Shown piece by piece: positions 29,047 through 39,401 of a stretch of DNA of 64,000 bases. The position numbers were made by a program, and so were the translations under genes. The stretch covers positions 1 to 64,000 of the forward strand of contig CAWVVV010000006.1 of NCBI GenBank assembly GCA_963933835.1. Direction: 5' to 3'. A model generated the notes under the pieces. That model worked only from the letters and a program-made list of their open reading frames with translations. It was not told the DNA's origin and ran no database searches. Each line of letters starts with the position of its first letter. Position 1 is the stretch's first letter. Source of the stretch: an uncultured Puniceicoccaceae bacterium. GTDB taxonomy: Bacteria; Verrucomicrobiota; Verrucomicrobiia; Opitutales; Oceanipulchritudinaceae.

Positions 29047-29169
29047 TTAGCTCGAAGGAACTCAGGGCTCATCGCAGCCATCTTGAATGTCCCCACTCAG
29101 CAAGCCACCGAAACGATGCTTTCCCCCTTGCGTCGAAGATGGGTGAGGGATTCAAATGAATCTATTGTC

Positions 29170-29934
29170 ATGAGTGCCAAGCGTCCCATTCTTCTCGGTG
29201 TTAACATCGACCACTGTGCCACCGTGCGCCAGGCCCGCTACCGCGACTATCCGCGCTTGCGAGGTGAGGTCGTCGAGCCTGATCCGCTCGCGTTTGCGAT
29301 CGCTGCAGAGCGCGCAGGCGCTGACGGCATTACGGTCCACCCGCGTGAAGACGGACGTCACATTCAACAAGGTGATGTCAGTGCGATTCGCGAATGCATA
29401 CAGGTGCCCTTGAATCTGGAGATGGCTGCAACTGATGCGATGGTTGCCTTCGCCTTGGAGATCAAGCCACGTACGGTCTGTCTCGTTCCCGAGAAGCGCG
29501 AAGAGCTCACAACGGAGGGCGGTCTAGATGTCGTCGGTCAGAAAGAGCGCTTGCGCGGTGTCGTGGCTTCCATGACCGAGGCGGGCATCGAGACGAGTTT
29601 GTTCATCGATCCTGACCCCGCCCAGATCGATACGGCGGTTGAAATTGGCGCTCCGATTATTGAGCTCCATACTGGAACGTACGCGAATAGTTACTACGAA
29701 CTTGAGAAACGTCAGGCAGAGCTGAAGACACTCCGAGAAGGAGCAGCTCAAGCGCATGCAGCTGGTTTAGTTGTGAACCTAGGTCACGGCATTAACTATG
29801 TTAATGTCGCTGAGATGCGCGAAGTGCCGTGGATTCACGAAATGAACATCGGCCACACGATTGTGGCGCGCGCTCTCTTCGACGGGCTTGAAAAAGCAGT
29901 TCGTGATATGAAGGCACTGATGAATCCAGCCTGA
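29170..29934 (+). CDS. pdxJ: Pyridoxine 5'-phosphate synthase
   Basis: LGVNIDH, ITVHPRED.RHI, ELTTEGGLD, ELHTG and NIGHTI motifs. The longer ORF-track start runs through the REP element. Confidence 0.95.
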   Translation: MSAKRPILLGVNIDHCATVRQARYRDYPRLRGEVVEPDPLAFAIAAERAGADGITVHPREDGRHIQQGDVSAIRECIQVPLNLEMAATDAMVAFALEIKPRTVCLVPEKREELTTEGGLDVVGQKERLRGVVASMTEAGIETSLFIDPDPAQIDTAVEIGAPIIELHTGTYANSYYELEKRQAELKTLREGAAQAHAAGLVVNLGHGINYVNVAEMREVPWIHEMNIGHTIVARALFDGLEKAVRDMKALMNPA

Positions 29935-29943
29935 TCTTTTGTT

Positions 29944-30375
29944 ATGTCGATACCGGTAGATTTAGGTGGTTTGCAGATTCCCAAGGGCGGTGTCGTTCGC
30001 GGGATTGGTATAGACCTGATTGAAACCGAGCGTATCCGCGGTGTCTGGGAACGACAAAAGGACCGCTTCCTCAAGCGCGTCTACACCGAAGGCGAGTTGG
30101 AGTATTGCCTGAAAATGAAAGATCCGGTGCCTTTCCTCGCCGCGCGCTTCTCTGCTAAAGAAGCTGTTTCAAAAGCCTTTACGACTGGGATTGGAAAAGA
30201 GTTAGGCTGGAAATCAATCGAGGTCTGCAAAGGCGAAAGACAGCAACCATGGATTCGCTTGGACGCGCAAGGACAGGCTCTCTTGGAGGCCGTCGGTGGT
30301 TCAGATGTTCTCGTTTCCTTGTCGCATACGAGTAATTACGGGATGGCCGTTGCGGTCTTGGTCGAGGTAAAGTGA
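29944..30375 (+). CDS. acpS: Holo-ACP synthase
   Basis: GIGIDLIE, LAARFSAKEAVSKA and VSLSH motifs; follows pdxJ. Confidence 0.93.
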   Translation: MSIPVDLGGLQIPKGGVVRGIGIDLIETERIRGVWERQKDRFLKRVYTEGELEYCLKMKDPVPFLAARFSAKEAVSKAFTTGIGKELGWKSIEVCKGERQQPWIRLDAQGQALLEAVGGSDVLVSLSHTSNYGMAVAVLVEVK

Positions 30376-30379
30376 GGCC

Positions 30380-30526
30380 GTGAGCTTCACTGTATCAGTC
30401 TTGTCCTGTGAAGAAGCGGTCGCGTTTGAACGCTCGTTCTTGATCAAGGCAGATGCTGAATGGAATGCGATGATGTGTGCAGGCGAGGCGATCGCTGATG
30501 ACCACGTCGACACCTTCGGACATTAG
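30380..30526 (+). pseudogene. Probable N-terminal remnant of NAD(P)H-hydrate epimerase/dehydratase (Nnr/YjeF)
   Basis: GTG-started 48-codon frame MSFTVSVLSCEEAVAFERSFLIKADAEWNAMMCAGEAIA... resembles the YjeF N-terminus (LMxxAGxAVA). It sits right after acpS, where nnr commonly lies, and stops abruptly. Confidence 0.55.
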
Positions 30527-30868
30527 GGAATCCACGTTCGTCGTGAAATCCGTGGTGCTCGTGTTGTCGAGAATCACTACACGCGGTATGCGAAAGAGGA
30601 GAATAGCATTCGCGCACATTTGACAGGGCGAGAGTGTAGTGAACAAGGTCGCTTTGCTAAGGTCATATGCATGCCCCGCATTCTCAATACAGTCCATCTC
30701 CCCGTGTAAGATGTTACTCTTCTGTTGAAAGCGCTTGTTGTGCCCGACCGCAACGACCGCCCCTTCAATAAAAATCGAACTTCCAACCGGGCCACCGCCC
30801 TCATTGAAGCTCTTGAGCGCCTGCAAATAAGCGGCTTCGGTTCCTTTATCTGTTTCTGAATCAATCAT
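30395..30868 (-). CDS. Zn-dependent nucleoside/cytosine deaminase, C-terminus probably lost
   Basis: EGGGPVGS, GHNKR, HGEMDC and TTLSPCQMC motifs. The last ~30 residues are the antisense of the nnr-like remnant. Confidence 0.75.
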   Translation of the reverse strand: MIDSETDKGTEAAYLQALKSFNEGGGPVGSSIFIEGAVVAVGHNKRFQQKSNILHGEMDCIENAGHAYDLSKATLFTTLSPCQMCANAILLFRIPRVVILDNTSTTDFTTNVDSLMSEGVDVVISDRLACTHHRIPFSICLDQERAFKRDRFFTGQD

Positions 30869-30905
30869 GAGGCCGCTGTCAGTTTTGTTGTGACAATTCT
30901 AAGCC

Positions 30906-31253
30906 TCACCCGGGTGGCCAGTTGAGGGCGCGGCCTCCTAGAACGTGGACGTGAAGGTGGGGGACGCTTTCGCCTCCGTCGGGGCCATTGTTGATGACGA
31001 TGCGGAAGCCTTTTTCAAGGCCAGCGGCTTTAGCTTGTTCGCGGGCGGTGAGGAGGAGGTGTCCGAGGAGTTCGGCGTCGTTTTTATCCGCTTCTCCAAT
31101 ACGAACGATCGGTTTCTTCGGGATGACGAGCAGGTGAGTAGGGGCTTGGGGGCTGATATCGTGAAGGACGATGCAGCGGTCATCTTCGAAAACGATCTTG
31201 GCTGGGATCTCTCGGGCGATGATTTTTTCAAAGAGAGTAGGCGAAGCACTCAT
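30906..31253 (-). CDS. Histidine triad (HIT/Hint) nucleotide-binding protein
   Basis: [24 protein letters not shown] and [14 protein letters not shown] motifs. Confidence 0.93.
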   Translation of the reverse strand: MSASPTLFEKIIAREIPAKIVFEDDRCIVLHDISPQAPTHLLVIPKKPIVRIGEADKNDAELLGHLLLTAREQAKAAGLEKGFRIVINNGPDGGESVPHLHVHVLGGRALNWPPG

Positions 31254-31271
31254 AGGATTTTGGATACGCCC

Positions 31272-31716
31272 TTAAGCGTAAATGACGGTGAGATCGGTGA
31301 ACTCGGTTGTCCATTCCGTCGCGAGGGCGTCGATATAGATCATGGCTTCGGAGTGGGCTTTTTTGCACTGCGGGGTGAAGCGCTGGCGTGTTCCCTGGAC
31401 GGCAATTTTCAGTCCGGTCACGAGGACGAGGCTGTTCTGATAGCCGGCAACCGTTTTGAGGCCTTTCAATAGTTGCTCTCTGGCAAAGAGAGGGTCGAAG
31501 GCTTGGTCGCTAAAATCGAGATGATAGAAGCCGTAGCTGGAGTTGAGCTTTCCGTCTTCGCGGACGAGCCGGAAGGCGGCTTCTGCAAAATTCTGAATCG
31601 TCGGCTCGACCTCCCTTTCCGATTGTAGGGAAGAGTTGATCGCTTCCTTTATGTAGCGCGCTAGATCAGGGTCCTGCTCGGTGGCGTCGGCGAAGAGGTG
31701 GAGGATGCAATGCCAT
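31272..31716 (-). pseudogene. Hypothetical protein with a probable 1-bp frameshift near its 5' end
   Basis: The long frame has no usable start after nrdR. ATG at 31716 reads MALHPPPLRRRHRAGP*; removing one C of CCC (31669-31671) joins it to DLARYIKEAINSS...VIYA. Confidence 0.45.
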
Positions 31717-31740
31717 TTAGCAAATTCCTCGGAGTCCGTA

Positions 31741-32196
31741 TTACCCCTGCTCCTTAAGGTCGGAGATTTCGCGGGCGAGTTCGTCGATGTCGCGGAAGTC
31801 CTTATAGACTGAAGCGAATCGCACGAAGGCGATTTTATCAATGTTTTTCAGCTTATTCATGATTCTTTCCCCGATTGCTTTGGTGGGGACTTCATTATCG
31901 AACTCGGCTTCGAGGGCGGAGCTAACATCACTCACGAGCATATCGATCTGTTCGATGTCGATAGGGCGCTTTTCGCAAGCGCGGAGAAGTCCACCGAGGA
32001 TTTTGCCGCGATCGAATTCTTCGCGGCGTCCGTCATTCTTGATTACAAAGACGCCCTCCCGAACAATTTCCTCTGCAGTAGTGAAACGGTAACTACAGTT
32101 ACGGCATTCTCGTCGCCGGCGGATGAGTAGGCCTTGTCGGGATACCCGGGAGTCAATCACGCGGGTGTCGTTTTCGTTACATTTTGGGCAATGCAT
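31741..32196 (-). CDS. nrdR: Transcriptional repressor NrdR
   Basis: MHCPKC...VIDSR...[19 protein letters not shown]-cone, VRFASVY. Confidence 0.96.
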   Translation of the reverse strand: MHCPKCNENDTRVIDSRVSRQGLLIRRRRECRNCSYRFTTAEEIVREGVFVIKNDGRREEFDRGKILGGLLRACEKRPIDIEQIDMLVSDVSSALEAEFDNEVPTKAIGERIMNKLKNIDKIAFVRFASVYKDFRDIDELAREISDLKEQG

Positions 32197-32272
32197 TTTC
32201 GACCTTTGTAACCTTTATTCAAGTCGTTGGGTATTGGAGGTCAATGACTTATCATTGCCTCCGTGCACCGAA

Positions 32273-32845
32273 CTACTTTTGCAGGCTGAGGAAATTTTTG
32301 AGGAGCTGAAGCCCGTGTTCGGTCGCGAGAGACTCGGGGTGGAACTGAACACCCCAGATCGGAAGCTCGGTGTGGCGTAAACCCATGATTTCGCCGTGTT
32401 CGGTGCGAGCAGTGGTCTCGAGGCAGGCGGGCATTGATGCTGGCTCGATCACTAGGGAGTGGTAGCGAGTGCCTGCGAGTCCATCTGGAAGGTCCGCGAA
32501 AAGATCTTCGCCATGGTGAAGAATGGGGGAGGTCTTTCCGTGCATAAGTTCTTTGGCGCGAACGATCTTACCGCCAAAACTCTGGCCGATGCATTGATGA
32601 CCGAGGCAGACGCCGAAGAGAGGGATCTTTGCTTCAGCGGCGGCTGGCACCATGTCGAGCGAGCAGCCGGCTTCGTTGGGCGTGCATGGGCCGGGGGAGA
32701 GGAGAATTCGGTCGGGCTTGAGGCTGAGGGCCTCAGCGACGCTGATCTCATTATTGCGAAAGACTTTTTGCTCAACCCCGAGCTGCCCGAAATACTGCAC
32801 AAGGTTGTAGGTAAAGGAATCGAAGTTGTCGATGACCAGTAACAT
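32273..32845 (-). CDS. trpG: Anthranilate/aminodeoxychorismate synthase component II (glutamine amidotransferase)
   Basis: [31 protein letters not shown] and QFHPES motifs. trpG and pabA cannot be distinguished here. Confidence 0.88.
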   Translation of the reverse strand: MLLVIDNFDSFTYNLVQYFGQLGVEQKVFRNNEISVAEALSLKPDRILLSPGPCTPNEAGCSLDMVPAAAEAKIPLFGVCLGHQCIGQSFGGKIVRAKELMHGKTSPILHHGEDLFADLPDGLAGTRYHSLVIEPASMPACLETTARTEHGEIMGLRHTELPIWGVQFHPESLATEHGLQLLKNFLSLQK

Positions 32846-32934
32846 GGTGCTTGAAGCAAGCTTTGCGGGCTGAATTTGGTCAAGACGCGGTTTCATCCTT
32901 GCCCAGTGAGTCGGTGGCACGTCTTCGTTTGTGG

Positions 32935-34083
32935 ATGGGCGAATTTGAGGCTTCCCGATACACTTTACTAGCGACTAATCCACACAGCCGAGCCCGCCGC
33001 GGCGTTTTGGAGACGCCTCATGGAAAAATTCAGACACCGATTTTTATGCCGGTCGGCACCCTCGGAACGGTGAAAGGGATGATGCCCCGCTCGATCGAAG
33101 AGATCGGTGCGCAAATTATTTTGGGCAATACCTACCATTTAAATCTTCGTCCGGGATCAGATCTCGTCCGCGAGTGTGGTGGCCTGCACAAATTTATGGA
33201 TTGGCCGAAGCCGATTTTGACCGACAGTGGTGGCTTCCAAGTTTTTTCGCTCTCAGCGATGCGCAAATTAAGTGAAGAGGGGGTTGAATTTCGTTCTCAT
33301 CTCGATGGCCGAAAAGTTTTTTTAGGACCGAAAGAAGTAATGCAAATTCAGTCTAACTTAGGTTCGGATATCGCAATGGTTCTGGATGAATGTCCATCTC
33401 CAGATGGGAGCCATAGTGAGATCGAAACAAGCGTAGATCGTTCGATGCGTTGGGCGAAGCGTTGTAAAGAAGAGGCGTTATTAAGGGATTTTGTAAATAC
33501 CGGTCAGCAGTTATTTGGTATTGTGCAAGGAGGACGCTTTACGGACTTAAGAGAGAAGTCTGCCGAGGTGTTATGTGGAATTGATTTTCCCGGTTATGCA
33601 ATCGGTGGTGTGAGTGTAGGAGAGCCCGAAGTGCAAATGCTCGAACAAGTAGAGGTCACTGCTTCCATCTTGCCTGAGGATAAGCCCCGATACGTCATGG
33701 GTGTGGGCACGCCACCCCAATTACTCGAGATGATTGCATCAGGGGCAGATATGTTTGACTGCGTGATGCCTTCTCGCGAGGCGCGCCATGGTTGCGCTTT
33801 TTCACCGTGGGGAAAATTAAACTTAAAGAATCGTCGTTATAAAGACGATCAGCGTTCGCTCGTCGAAGGCATGCAAAACTATACCTGTCAACGATTTAGC
33901 CGGGCATACCTCCGCCATCTTTTCGTCGCAGGAGAGACCCTAGGCGGAGTTTTGCTTACCCTTCATAACTTACACTTTTTCCTTACATTAATGGAAAGTG
34001 CTAGGGCCCACATCGAGGCGGGAGATTTTGTTAAATGGAAAAATGAATGGATTGAAACATACCGACATGGAGAAATTCCTTAG
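32935..34083 (+). CDS. tgt: Queuine tRNA-ribosyltransferase
   Basis: [39 protein letters not shown] and DMFDCVMP motifs. Confidence 0.95.
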   Translation: MGEFEASRYTLLATNPHSRARRGVLETPHGKIQTPIFMPVGTLGTVKGMMPRSIEEIGAQIILGNTYHLNLRPGSDLVRECGGLHKFMDWPKPILTDSGGFQVFSLSAMRKLSEEGVEFRSHLDGRKVFLGPKEVMQIQSNLGSDIAMVLDECPSPDGSHSEIETSVDRSMRWAKRCKEEALLRDFVNTGQQLFGIVQGGRFTDLREKSAEVLCGIDFPGYAIGGVSVGEPEVQMLEQVEVTASILPEDKPRYVMGVGTPPQLLEMIASGADMFDCVMPSREARHGCAFSPWGKLNLKNRRYKDDQRSLVEGMQNYTCQRFSRAYLRHLFVAGETLGGVLLTLHNLHFFLTLMESARAHIEAGDFVKWKNEWIETYRHGEIP

Positions 34084-34178
34084 TTCTTAGCAGTTGGCTC
34101 TTCATTAAGATTTATATATAGAATTCTTGACAGTCGAATGCCGAAGGAAGAGTAGTCTCAGCCTTTTATATTAAAACT

Positions 34179-34556
34179 ATGCATACGACATCCATCCAAG
34201 AAGAACTTAAGCTCATTGAGAAAGAGCGTGCACGCCTCGCTGATAAAGAAAAAGAGCTCAATGAAAAGCTCAAAGCACAAGCTGAGGCTGAGAAACAGTT
34301 ACAATCACTTTTCGAACAAAGTGGGTATCCAACTCCCCGTGCTCTCGTCATTGCTTTGATGAAAAAGTATGGTGTTCGCGTTACAGGTTCTGCAACCGAA
34401 GGCCGCCGCAAGCGTACGACGATCACAGCTCAGATTCGCGACGACGTCAAAGGCGCGGTCAACGGCGGAAGTTCGAAAAACCAAGCTTCGAAACAGTTCG
34501 AAATCAGCTACTTCGTTATTAACAAAATTATCGATGGTAAATACGACCACCTCTAG
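34179..34556 (+). CDS. Small basic protein with N-terminal coiled coil and C-terminal HTH (candidate nucleoid-associated protein)
   Basis: Heptad-rich N-terminus, RRKRT linker and SKNQASKQFEISY HTH-like segment; standalone with TTGACA upstream and its own terminator. Confidence 0.7.
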   Translation: MHTTSIQEELKLIEKERARLADKEKELNEKLKAQAEAEKQLQSLFEQSGYPTPRALVIALMKKYGVRVTGSATEGRRKRTTITAQIRDDVKGAVNGGSSKNQASKQFEISYFVINKIIDGKYDHL

Positions 34557-34580
34557 GGTTCGTTTTTAGTCAATTTATCT

Positions 34581-34610
34581 GCCGGCTCTCCTTTTGGGGG
34601 AGCCGGTTTT
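34581..34610 (+). terminator. Rho-independent terminator
   Basis: GCCGGCTCTCC-TTTTG-GGGGAGCCGGTTTT. Confidence 0.75.
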
Positions 34611-34731
34611 CCGTTTATGTTGGGAGTAGAACGAAATGGGCCGATAGTAGAGATTCTGCTTAGATTGCAGGCAGGCTTGCCATCTCTTCGCCAGTCCGCT
34701 GTTCTCCCCGCTTTTCGCCCTCTAAAATAAG

Positions 34732-37700
34732 ATGGTTGGATCACTTTTAAAACGCTTCTCAGGCCGAAACTACAAGAAGTTCTACAAAACCAGTAGACCG
34801 CTTGTAACACGCATCAACGAACTGGAAACCCAGTATCAAAACCTCAGCGACGCTGAATTCAAAGCGAAGACGGGGGAATTTCGAGACAGGATAACGGCGG
34901 GCGAAACGCTCGACGACATCCTCCCCGAGGCCTTTGCAGCGGTCAAAAACGCTGCCCGTCGACTCTGCGGAACCGAGATTGAATATGCCGGGACCAAGGA
35001 CGTATGGAACATGATCCATTACGACGTTCAGCTCATGGGCGGCATGGCTCTCCACCAGCACACGATTGCTGAAATGCAGACAGGTGAGGGTAAAACGCTC
35101 GTTGCGACGCTGCCTCTCTACCTCAATGCGCTTTCGGGTAATAACTGTCAGCTCGTGACGGTGAATGAGTATCTCGCACAGCGTGATGGCGAGTGGATGG
35201 GGCACCTCTATCGCTACCTGGGCCTCAGTGTTGGCGTAATCAAGGGTTCCCATCAAATGACGCCAGCGGAGAAACGTGAGGCGTATGCCTGCGACATCAC
35301 CTACGGGACCGCGAGTGAGTTTGGCTTCGATTATCTCCGCGATAACGGCATGTCGACGCAGCCAGAGGCTCTCGTGCAGAAGGACCACTTCTTTTGTATC
35401 ATCGATGAAGTGGACTCGGTTCTCGTTGATGAAGCGCGCACGCCGCTGATTATTTCCGGCCCAGTCGATAATGACTCCTCGGCGCCGTTCATCGCACTGA
35501 AGCCAGACATCGATAGCCTCGTGCGGAATCAGAATCAGCTCTGTAACCGCTTCGTGGGAGATGCGAAAACCGAGATCGAAAAAGGCGACGATTGCGACGC
35601 TGAATTTGCGCTCAATAAGATGCTCCTCACCCACTGGGGTGCGCCGAAAAACAAGATCTTGCGCCGCCTCCTCGAAGACCCTTCGACCCGCAAGCAGTTC
35701 GAGAGCCACGACCTCGAGATGGGTGCAGACTTCAATCGGAAGAAGAAGTATGCCCTGAAGGAGCAACTTTACTACACGATCGACGAGAAGCAGCGGTCGA
35801 GTGACCTGACGCAAATCGGGCGTGATCTTCTCCGCCCGGATAATCCAGATGGCTTTGTCCTTCCCGACCTCCCGACGCATTACATGGAGATCGACGCGGA
35901 TGCTTCGCTCAACGATGACGCCAAAGCGAAATCGAAGGCCGATGCGCAGTCCGAATTCGAGAAGACGAGCGAAGAGATCCACATCATCAGCCAACTTCTT
36001 CGGGCCTACAGTCTCTACGAGCGCGACGTCGAGTATGTCGTGCAAGATGGCAAAGTCATGATCGTGGACGAGAATACGGGCCGCGTTATGCCGGGCCGTC
36101 GTTGGTCCGATGGTCTTCACCAAGCGGTTGAGGCTAAGGAGGGCGTCCAGATCGAACGCGAGTCTCGCACTTTTGCTTCGATCACGCTGCAGAACTATTT
36201 CCGGCTCTACGAAAAGCTCGCCGGGATGACTGGTACCGCCGAGACCGAGGCGAACGAGTTCAAGGATATCTACAATCTCGACGTTATGGTCATACCGACC
36301 AACCAGCCCAATGTCCGGATCGACGAGAACGACATCATTTTCAAAACGCGCCGCGAGAAATACAACGCGGTGATCGAGGAGATCGAGGAAGCGAACAAGC
36401 GCGGCCAGCCGTGTCTAGTCGGTACCGTGTCGGTTGATGCTTCAGAGCTTCTCAGCCGTATGATGAAGCGGAAGAAAATCGATCACAGTGTCCTCAACGC
36501 GAAGTATCACGCCCAGGAAGCGGAGATCGTAGCCAATGCGGGTCAACGTGGATCCGTTACGATCGCCACGAACATGGCAGGTCGCGGAACTGACATTAAG
36601 CTCGGCGATGGCATCAATGATTTGGGTGGCCTGTATGTGATCGGCACCGAGCGGCATACCTCCCGCCGTATCGACCGCCAGTTGCGTGGTCGTTGTGCCC
36701 GACAAGGTGACCCCGGTCGCACGCGCTTTTTCATCTCCCTTGAAGACGAACTCATGCGCCTCTATTCGCAGGGGAGTGCTGGTAAACTTCTCCAGAGCTC
36801 CTTTGAAGAAGGCGAGCCGCTTGAGCACCGTTGGCTCAACCCGATGATTGAGCGCGCACAGAAGACGGTCGAACAGCATCACTACTCGATGCGTAAGCGC
36901 CTGCTTCAGTATGACGACGTCGCTTCGCAACACCGCGAGGTTGTCTACGGACTTCGTCAGGATGCGATGCTTTCGGATGATCCGAAGGCTATCATTTTTG
37001 AGCTCGTTGAAGAAGAGCTCGAATCCCGCCTCGATGATGCCGGTGGTGTAGACGGGAAAGCACTACACGCGGAGGCAGTCGAAACTGTTCTTGCATGGGC
37101 GCAACAGAGCTTCCCGATCGTTATCGATGAGGAGAAGCTGGCTACGTCGGTCACATACAGCGGTCTAATGGAAGCGATTCTCGAGGCTGTCCGCGAGGCC
37201 TACAGTCTCAAGGAAAAGGCCGGTAGTTCGGATGCGCTTCGCAAACTCGAACGTATTGTAATCATCAGTACGATTGACCGTCATTACCAAGAGCACCTCA
37301 CCGAGATGGAAGACCTTCGCCAAAGCGTAGGGCTTCGTGGATACGGTCAAAAAGACCCGCTCGTTGAATACAAAAACGAAGCTTACAAGGTCTTCAGTGA
37401 GCTCATGGCTCAGATCCGCGGTGACATCTGCACGGGCATTTTTCGGAGTATAGTAAACTTGGCTGCATTTGAGCAAATGATGCTGCGTAATCAGCAGCGT
37501 GCCCAAGCTTCGGGTCCGAGTGAAGCGGGCGATGGAGACAAGGATGGAACTGCTCCTGCCGCACGCACGCCTGATGGGAAGCCGATCAACCTTCCAAAGA
37601 TCAAACGCCGCCCGCCACCACCAGTTGTGAATACACCTGGACGCAACGAAACGGTGAAAATCCGCCGCGGCGAAGAGGAGCTAGAACTGAAGTGGAAGAA

Positions 37701-37752
37701 GGCTGAGCGGATGGTGAAGGACGAAGGTTGGCAGTTGCTTTCGGAGAAGTGA
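34732..37752 (+). CDS. secA: Preprotein translocase subunit SecA
   Basis: AEMQTGEGKT, FGFDYLRDN, IIDEVDS..DEARTPLIISG, GMTGTA, TNMAGRGTDI and QLRGR motifs. Confidence 0.97.
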   Translation: MVGSLLKRFSGRNYKKFYKTSRPLVTRINELETQYQNLSDAEFKAKTGEFRDRITAGETLDDILPEAFAAVKNAARRLCGTEIEYAGTKDVWNMIHYDVQLMGGMALHQHTIAEMQTGEGKTLVATLPLYLNALSGNNCQLVTVNEYLAQRDGEWMGHLYRYLGLSVGVIKGSHQMTPAEKREAYACDITYGTASEFGFDYLRDNGMSTQPEALVQKDHFFCIIDEVDSVLVDEARTPLIISGPVDNDSSAPFIALKPDIDSLVRNQNQLCNRFVGDAKTEIEKGDDCDAEFALNKMLLTHWGAPKNKILRRLLEDPSTRKQFESHDLEMGADFNRKKKYALKEQLYYTIDEKQRSSDLTQIGRDLLRPDNPDGFVLPDLPTHYMEIDADASLNDDAKAKSKADAQSEFEKTSEEIHIISQLLRAYSLYERDVEYVVQDGKVMIVDENTGRVMPGRRWSDGLHQAVEAKEGVQIERESRTFASITLQNYFRLYEKLAGMTGTAETEANEFKDIYNLDVMVIPTNQPNVRIDENDIIFKTRREKYNAVIEEIEEANKRGQPCLVGTVSVDASELLSRMMKRKKIDHSVLNAKYHAQEAEIVANAGQRGSVTIATNMAGRGTDIKLGDGINDLGGLYVIGTERHTSRRIDRQLRGRCARQGDPGRTRFFISLEDELMRLYSQGSAGKLLQSSFEEGEPLEHRWLNPMIERAQKTVEQHHYSMRKRLLQYDDVASQHREVVYGLRQDAMLSDDPKAIIFELVEEELESRLDDAGGVDGKALHAEAVETVLAWAQQSFPIVIDEEKLATSVTYSGLMEAILEAVREAYSLKEKAGSSDALRKLERIVIISTIDRHYQEHLTEMEDLRQSVGLRGYGQKDPLVEYKNEAYKVFSELMAQIRGDICTGIFRSIVNLAAFEQMMLRNQQRAQASGPSEAGDGDKDGTAPAARTPDGKPINLPKIKRRPPPPVVNTPGRNETVKIRRGEEELELKWKKAERMVKDEGWQLLSEK

Positions 37753-39401
37753 GTTTGGCCGAAAAGTCTTTGAGCGAACGCCTGCTCTCCCCTTGGATGA
37801 GGCTTCTCTGGGGGTGTCTAGGAGTTGGTCTTTCGACGGCGGGTCTGATCTTTGCTTTTCCGCCGTTCGACGAGCCAGAGATGGCATACGTCGCGCTGAT
37901 CCCGTTGCTCTTGTGGTTTATCTGGGTACGGCCGAGCTGGCGTTCGGTCGCTTTACTCACCTTTATCGGCGGCTTCGCCCAGTGGGTAGTTTTGCTCTGG
38001 TGGCTTCGTTTCTTTCCCGACCAAGTTGGGCTACCACGGGCGCTAGGCTATCTCGGCGTTACCGCCCTGAGTGCAGTGGTCGCCCTGTTCAATGTTTCGT
38101 GGGCGCTGGTTGCGCGTTGGGCATTGGCTGATTTGAAGAAGACCGATCTGCTGCGACGGCTCATCATCATGATTGGCCTCGCGGCAACATGGGTAGTGCT
38201 TGAGTGGATACGCACGTGGATACTTTCGGGCTTTCCTTGGCTCACGCTGTCGGCTTCGCAGTGGCAGCGTCCACTCCTCCTCCAGGTGCTGCCGCTGACC
38301 GGTGCGTGGGGTCTTTCGTTCGTGCTCGTGCTCTTTAATTTAGGAGCGGCGCTCTACGCATGGCACTTGGTCCAAAACCGGCAACGGGCCTGGTTTCGTC
38401 GTTTTTGTCCAGAGTTCTATCTCGGACTTGGGGGGATTTGCTTCGTTCTTCTTTTGGCGCTCGACCGCCCAACGACGCGAGAGACGAGTTTGTTCAGTGC
38501 GGGTTTTATCCAGCCCTATGTGAAGCCTCCGGATCGTTGGAATCCTGACAACTATGCCGCGTTACGAGAGGATTTCGAACTGGTTGCGCAGTATGCCCGC
38601 TTTGACGGAGCAGAGGTTATTCTTTGGCCGGAGGCGTCGACACCTTTACCTGCCCCGGGGCACCCGCAAGCCGAAGCTTGGTTGGCTGGGCTTTCGGCGG
38701 ATTTGGAGATTCCGATTCTACTCGGAAATCTAGTAAAGACCGAGGACGAGCTCGATGGGGAACAGTGGTTCAATGCAATGGTTATGGTCACTCCGACCGA
38801 TGGTGTTTTGCCAACCTTTGCTCCGAAGCGTCACCTCGTTCCCTTTGGAGAGTACGTGCCGAACTGGTTTCCTTTTTTAGATAAGCTCGTTCCCATCGAG
38901 GGGCAGTTTACGGCGGGCGATCGAGCGATTGTTCAGATTTTTCCCGTCGGGCAGCGACGCTTTAGAGTGGGACCGCTCGTCTGCTACGAAGACCTTTTCC
39001 CTTCGCTCTCACGCCAGCTAGTGAAGAAGGGCGTTGATTTTCTCTATGTTGCGACGAATGACGCATGGTATGGAGAAGAGGGCGCCGCCTATCAACATGC
39101 GGCGCATTCGGTCCTGCGGGCCGTTGAGACACGTCGTCCGGTCTTACGTAGCGGCAATGCGGGCTGGAGTGGATGGATCGATGAACGGGGTCAAATCAGA
39201 CATGTGCTTCTCGGAGCTGATCGCACCGTCTATTTCCAAGGGGCTGATGCTGTGAGGATCGCCCGCAACCCGTCCTACGTCGATGTCCTGACACTCTACG
39301 TGCGCTGGGGCGACTGGTTTGTCCTCGTCTGCGGCGTGAGTCTGTTCGGACTTTACTGGGCTCGCAAAACGGGCAGCGAGTTTGTTTCCGACGAAGTCTA
39401 G
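37749..39401 (+). CDS. lnt: Apolipoprotein N-acyltransferase
   Basis: Multi-TM N-half with GFPW; nitrilase triad WPE, KRHLVPFGEYVP and VCYE; TNDAWY. Confidence 0.93.
   Translation: MSLAEKSLSERLLSPWMRLLWGCLGVGLSTAGLIFAFPPFDEPEMAYVALIPLLLWFIWVRPSWRSVALLTFIGGFAQWVVLLWWLRFFPDQVGLPRALGYLGVTALSAVVALFNVSWALVARWALADLKKTDLLRRLIIMIGLAATWVVLEWIRTWILSGFPWLTLSASQWQRPLLLQVLPLTGAWGLSFVLVLFNLGAALYAWHLVQNRQRAWFRRFCPEFYLGLGGICFVLLLALDRPTTRETSLFSAGFIQPYVKPPDRWNPDNYAALREDFELVAQYARFDGAEVILWPEASTPLPAPGHPQAEAWLAGLSADLEIPILLGNLVKTEDELDGEQWFNAMVMVTPTDGVLPTFAPKRHLVPFGEYVPNWFPFLDKLVPIEGQFTAGDRAIVQIFPVGQRRFRVGPLVCYEDLFPSLSRQLVKKGVDFLYVATNDAWYGEEGAAYQHAAHSVLRAVETRRPVLRSGNAGWSGWIDERGQIRHVLLGADRTVYFQGADAVRIARNPSYVDVLTLYVRWGDWFVLVCGVSLFGLYWARKTGSEFVSDEV

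Noticed and set aside
28963..29169. N-terminal extension of PdxJ in the ORF track
   Set aside because: It is translation through a REP element; the family N-terminus begins at 29170.
34759..36123. 454-aa ORF antisense to secA, and similar long antisense ORFs over lexA, hemL, phoH and dnaK
   Set aside because: Shadow ORFs caused by the codon bias of genes on the opposite strand.
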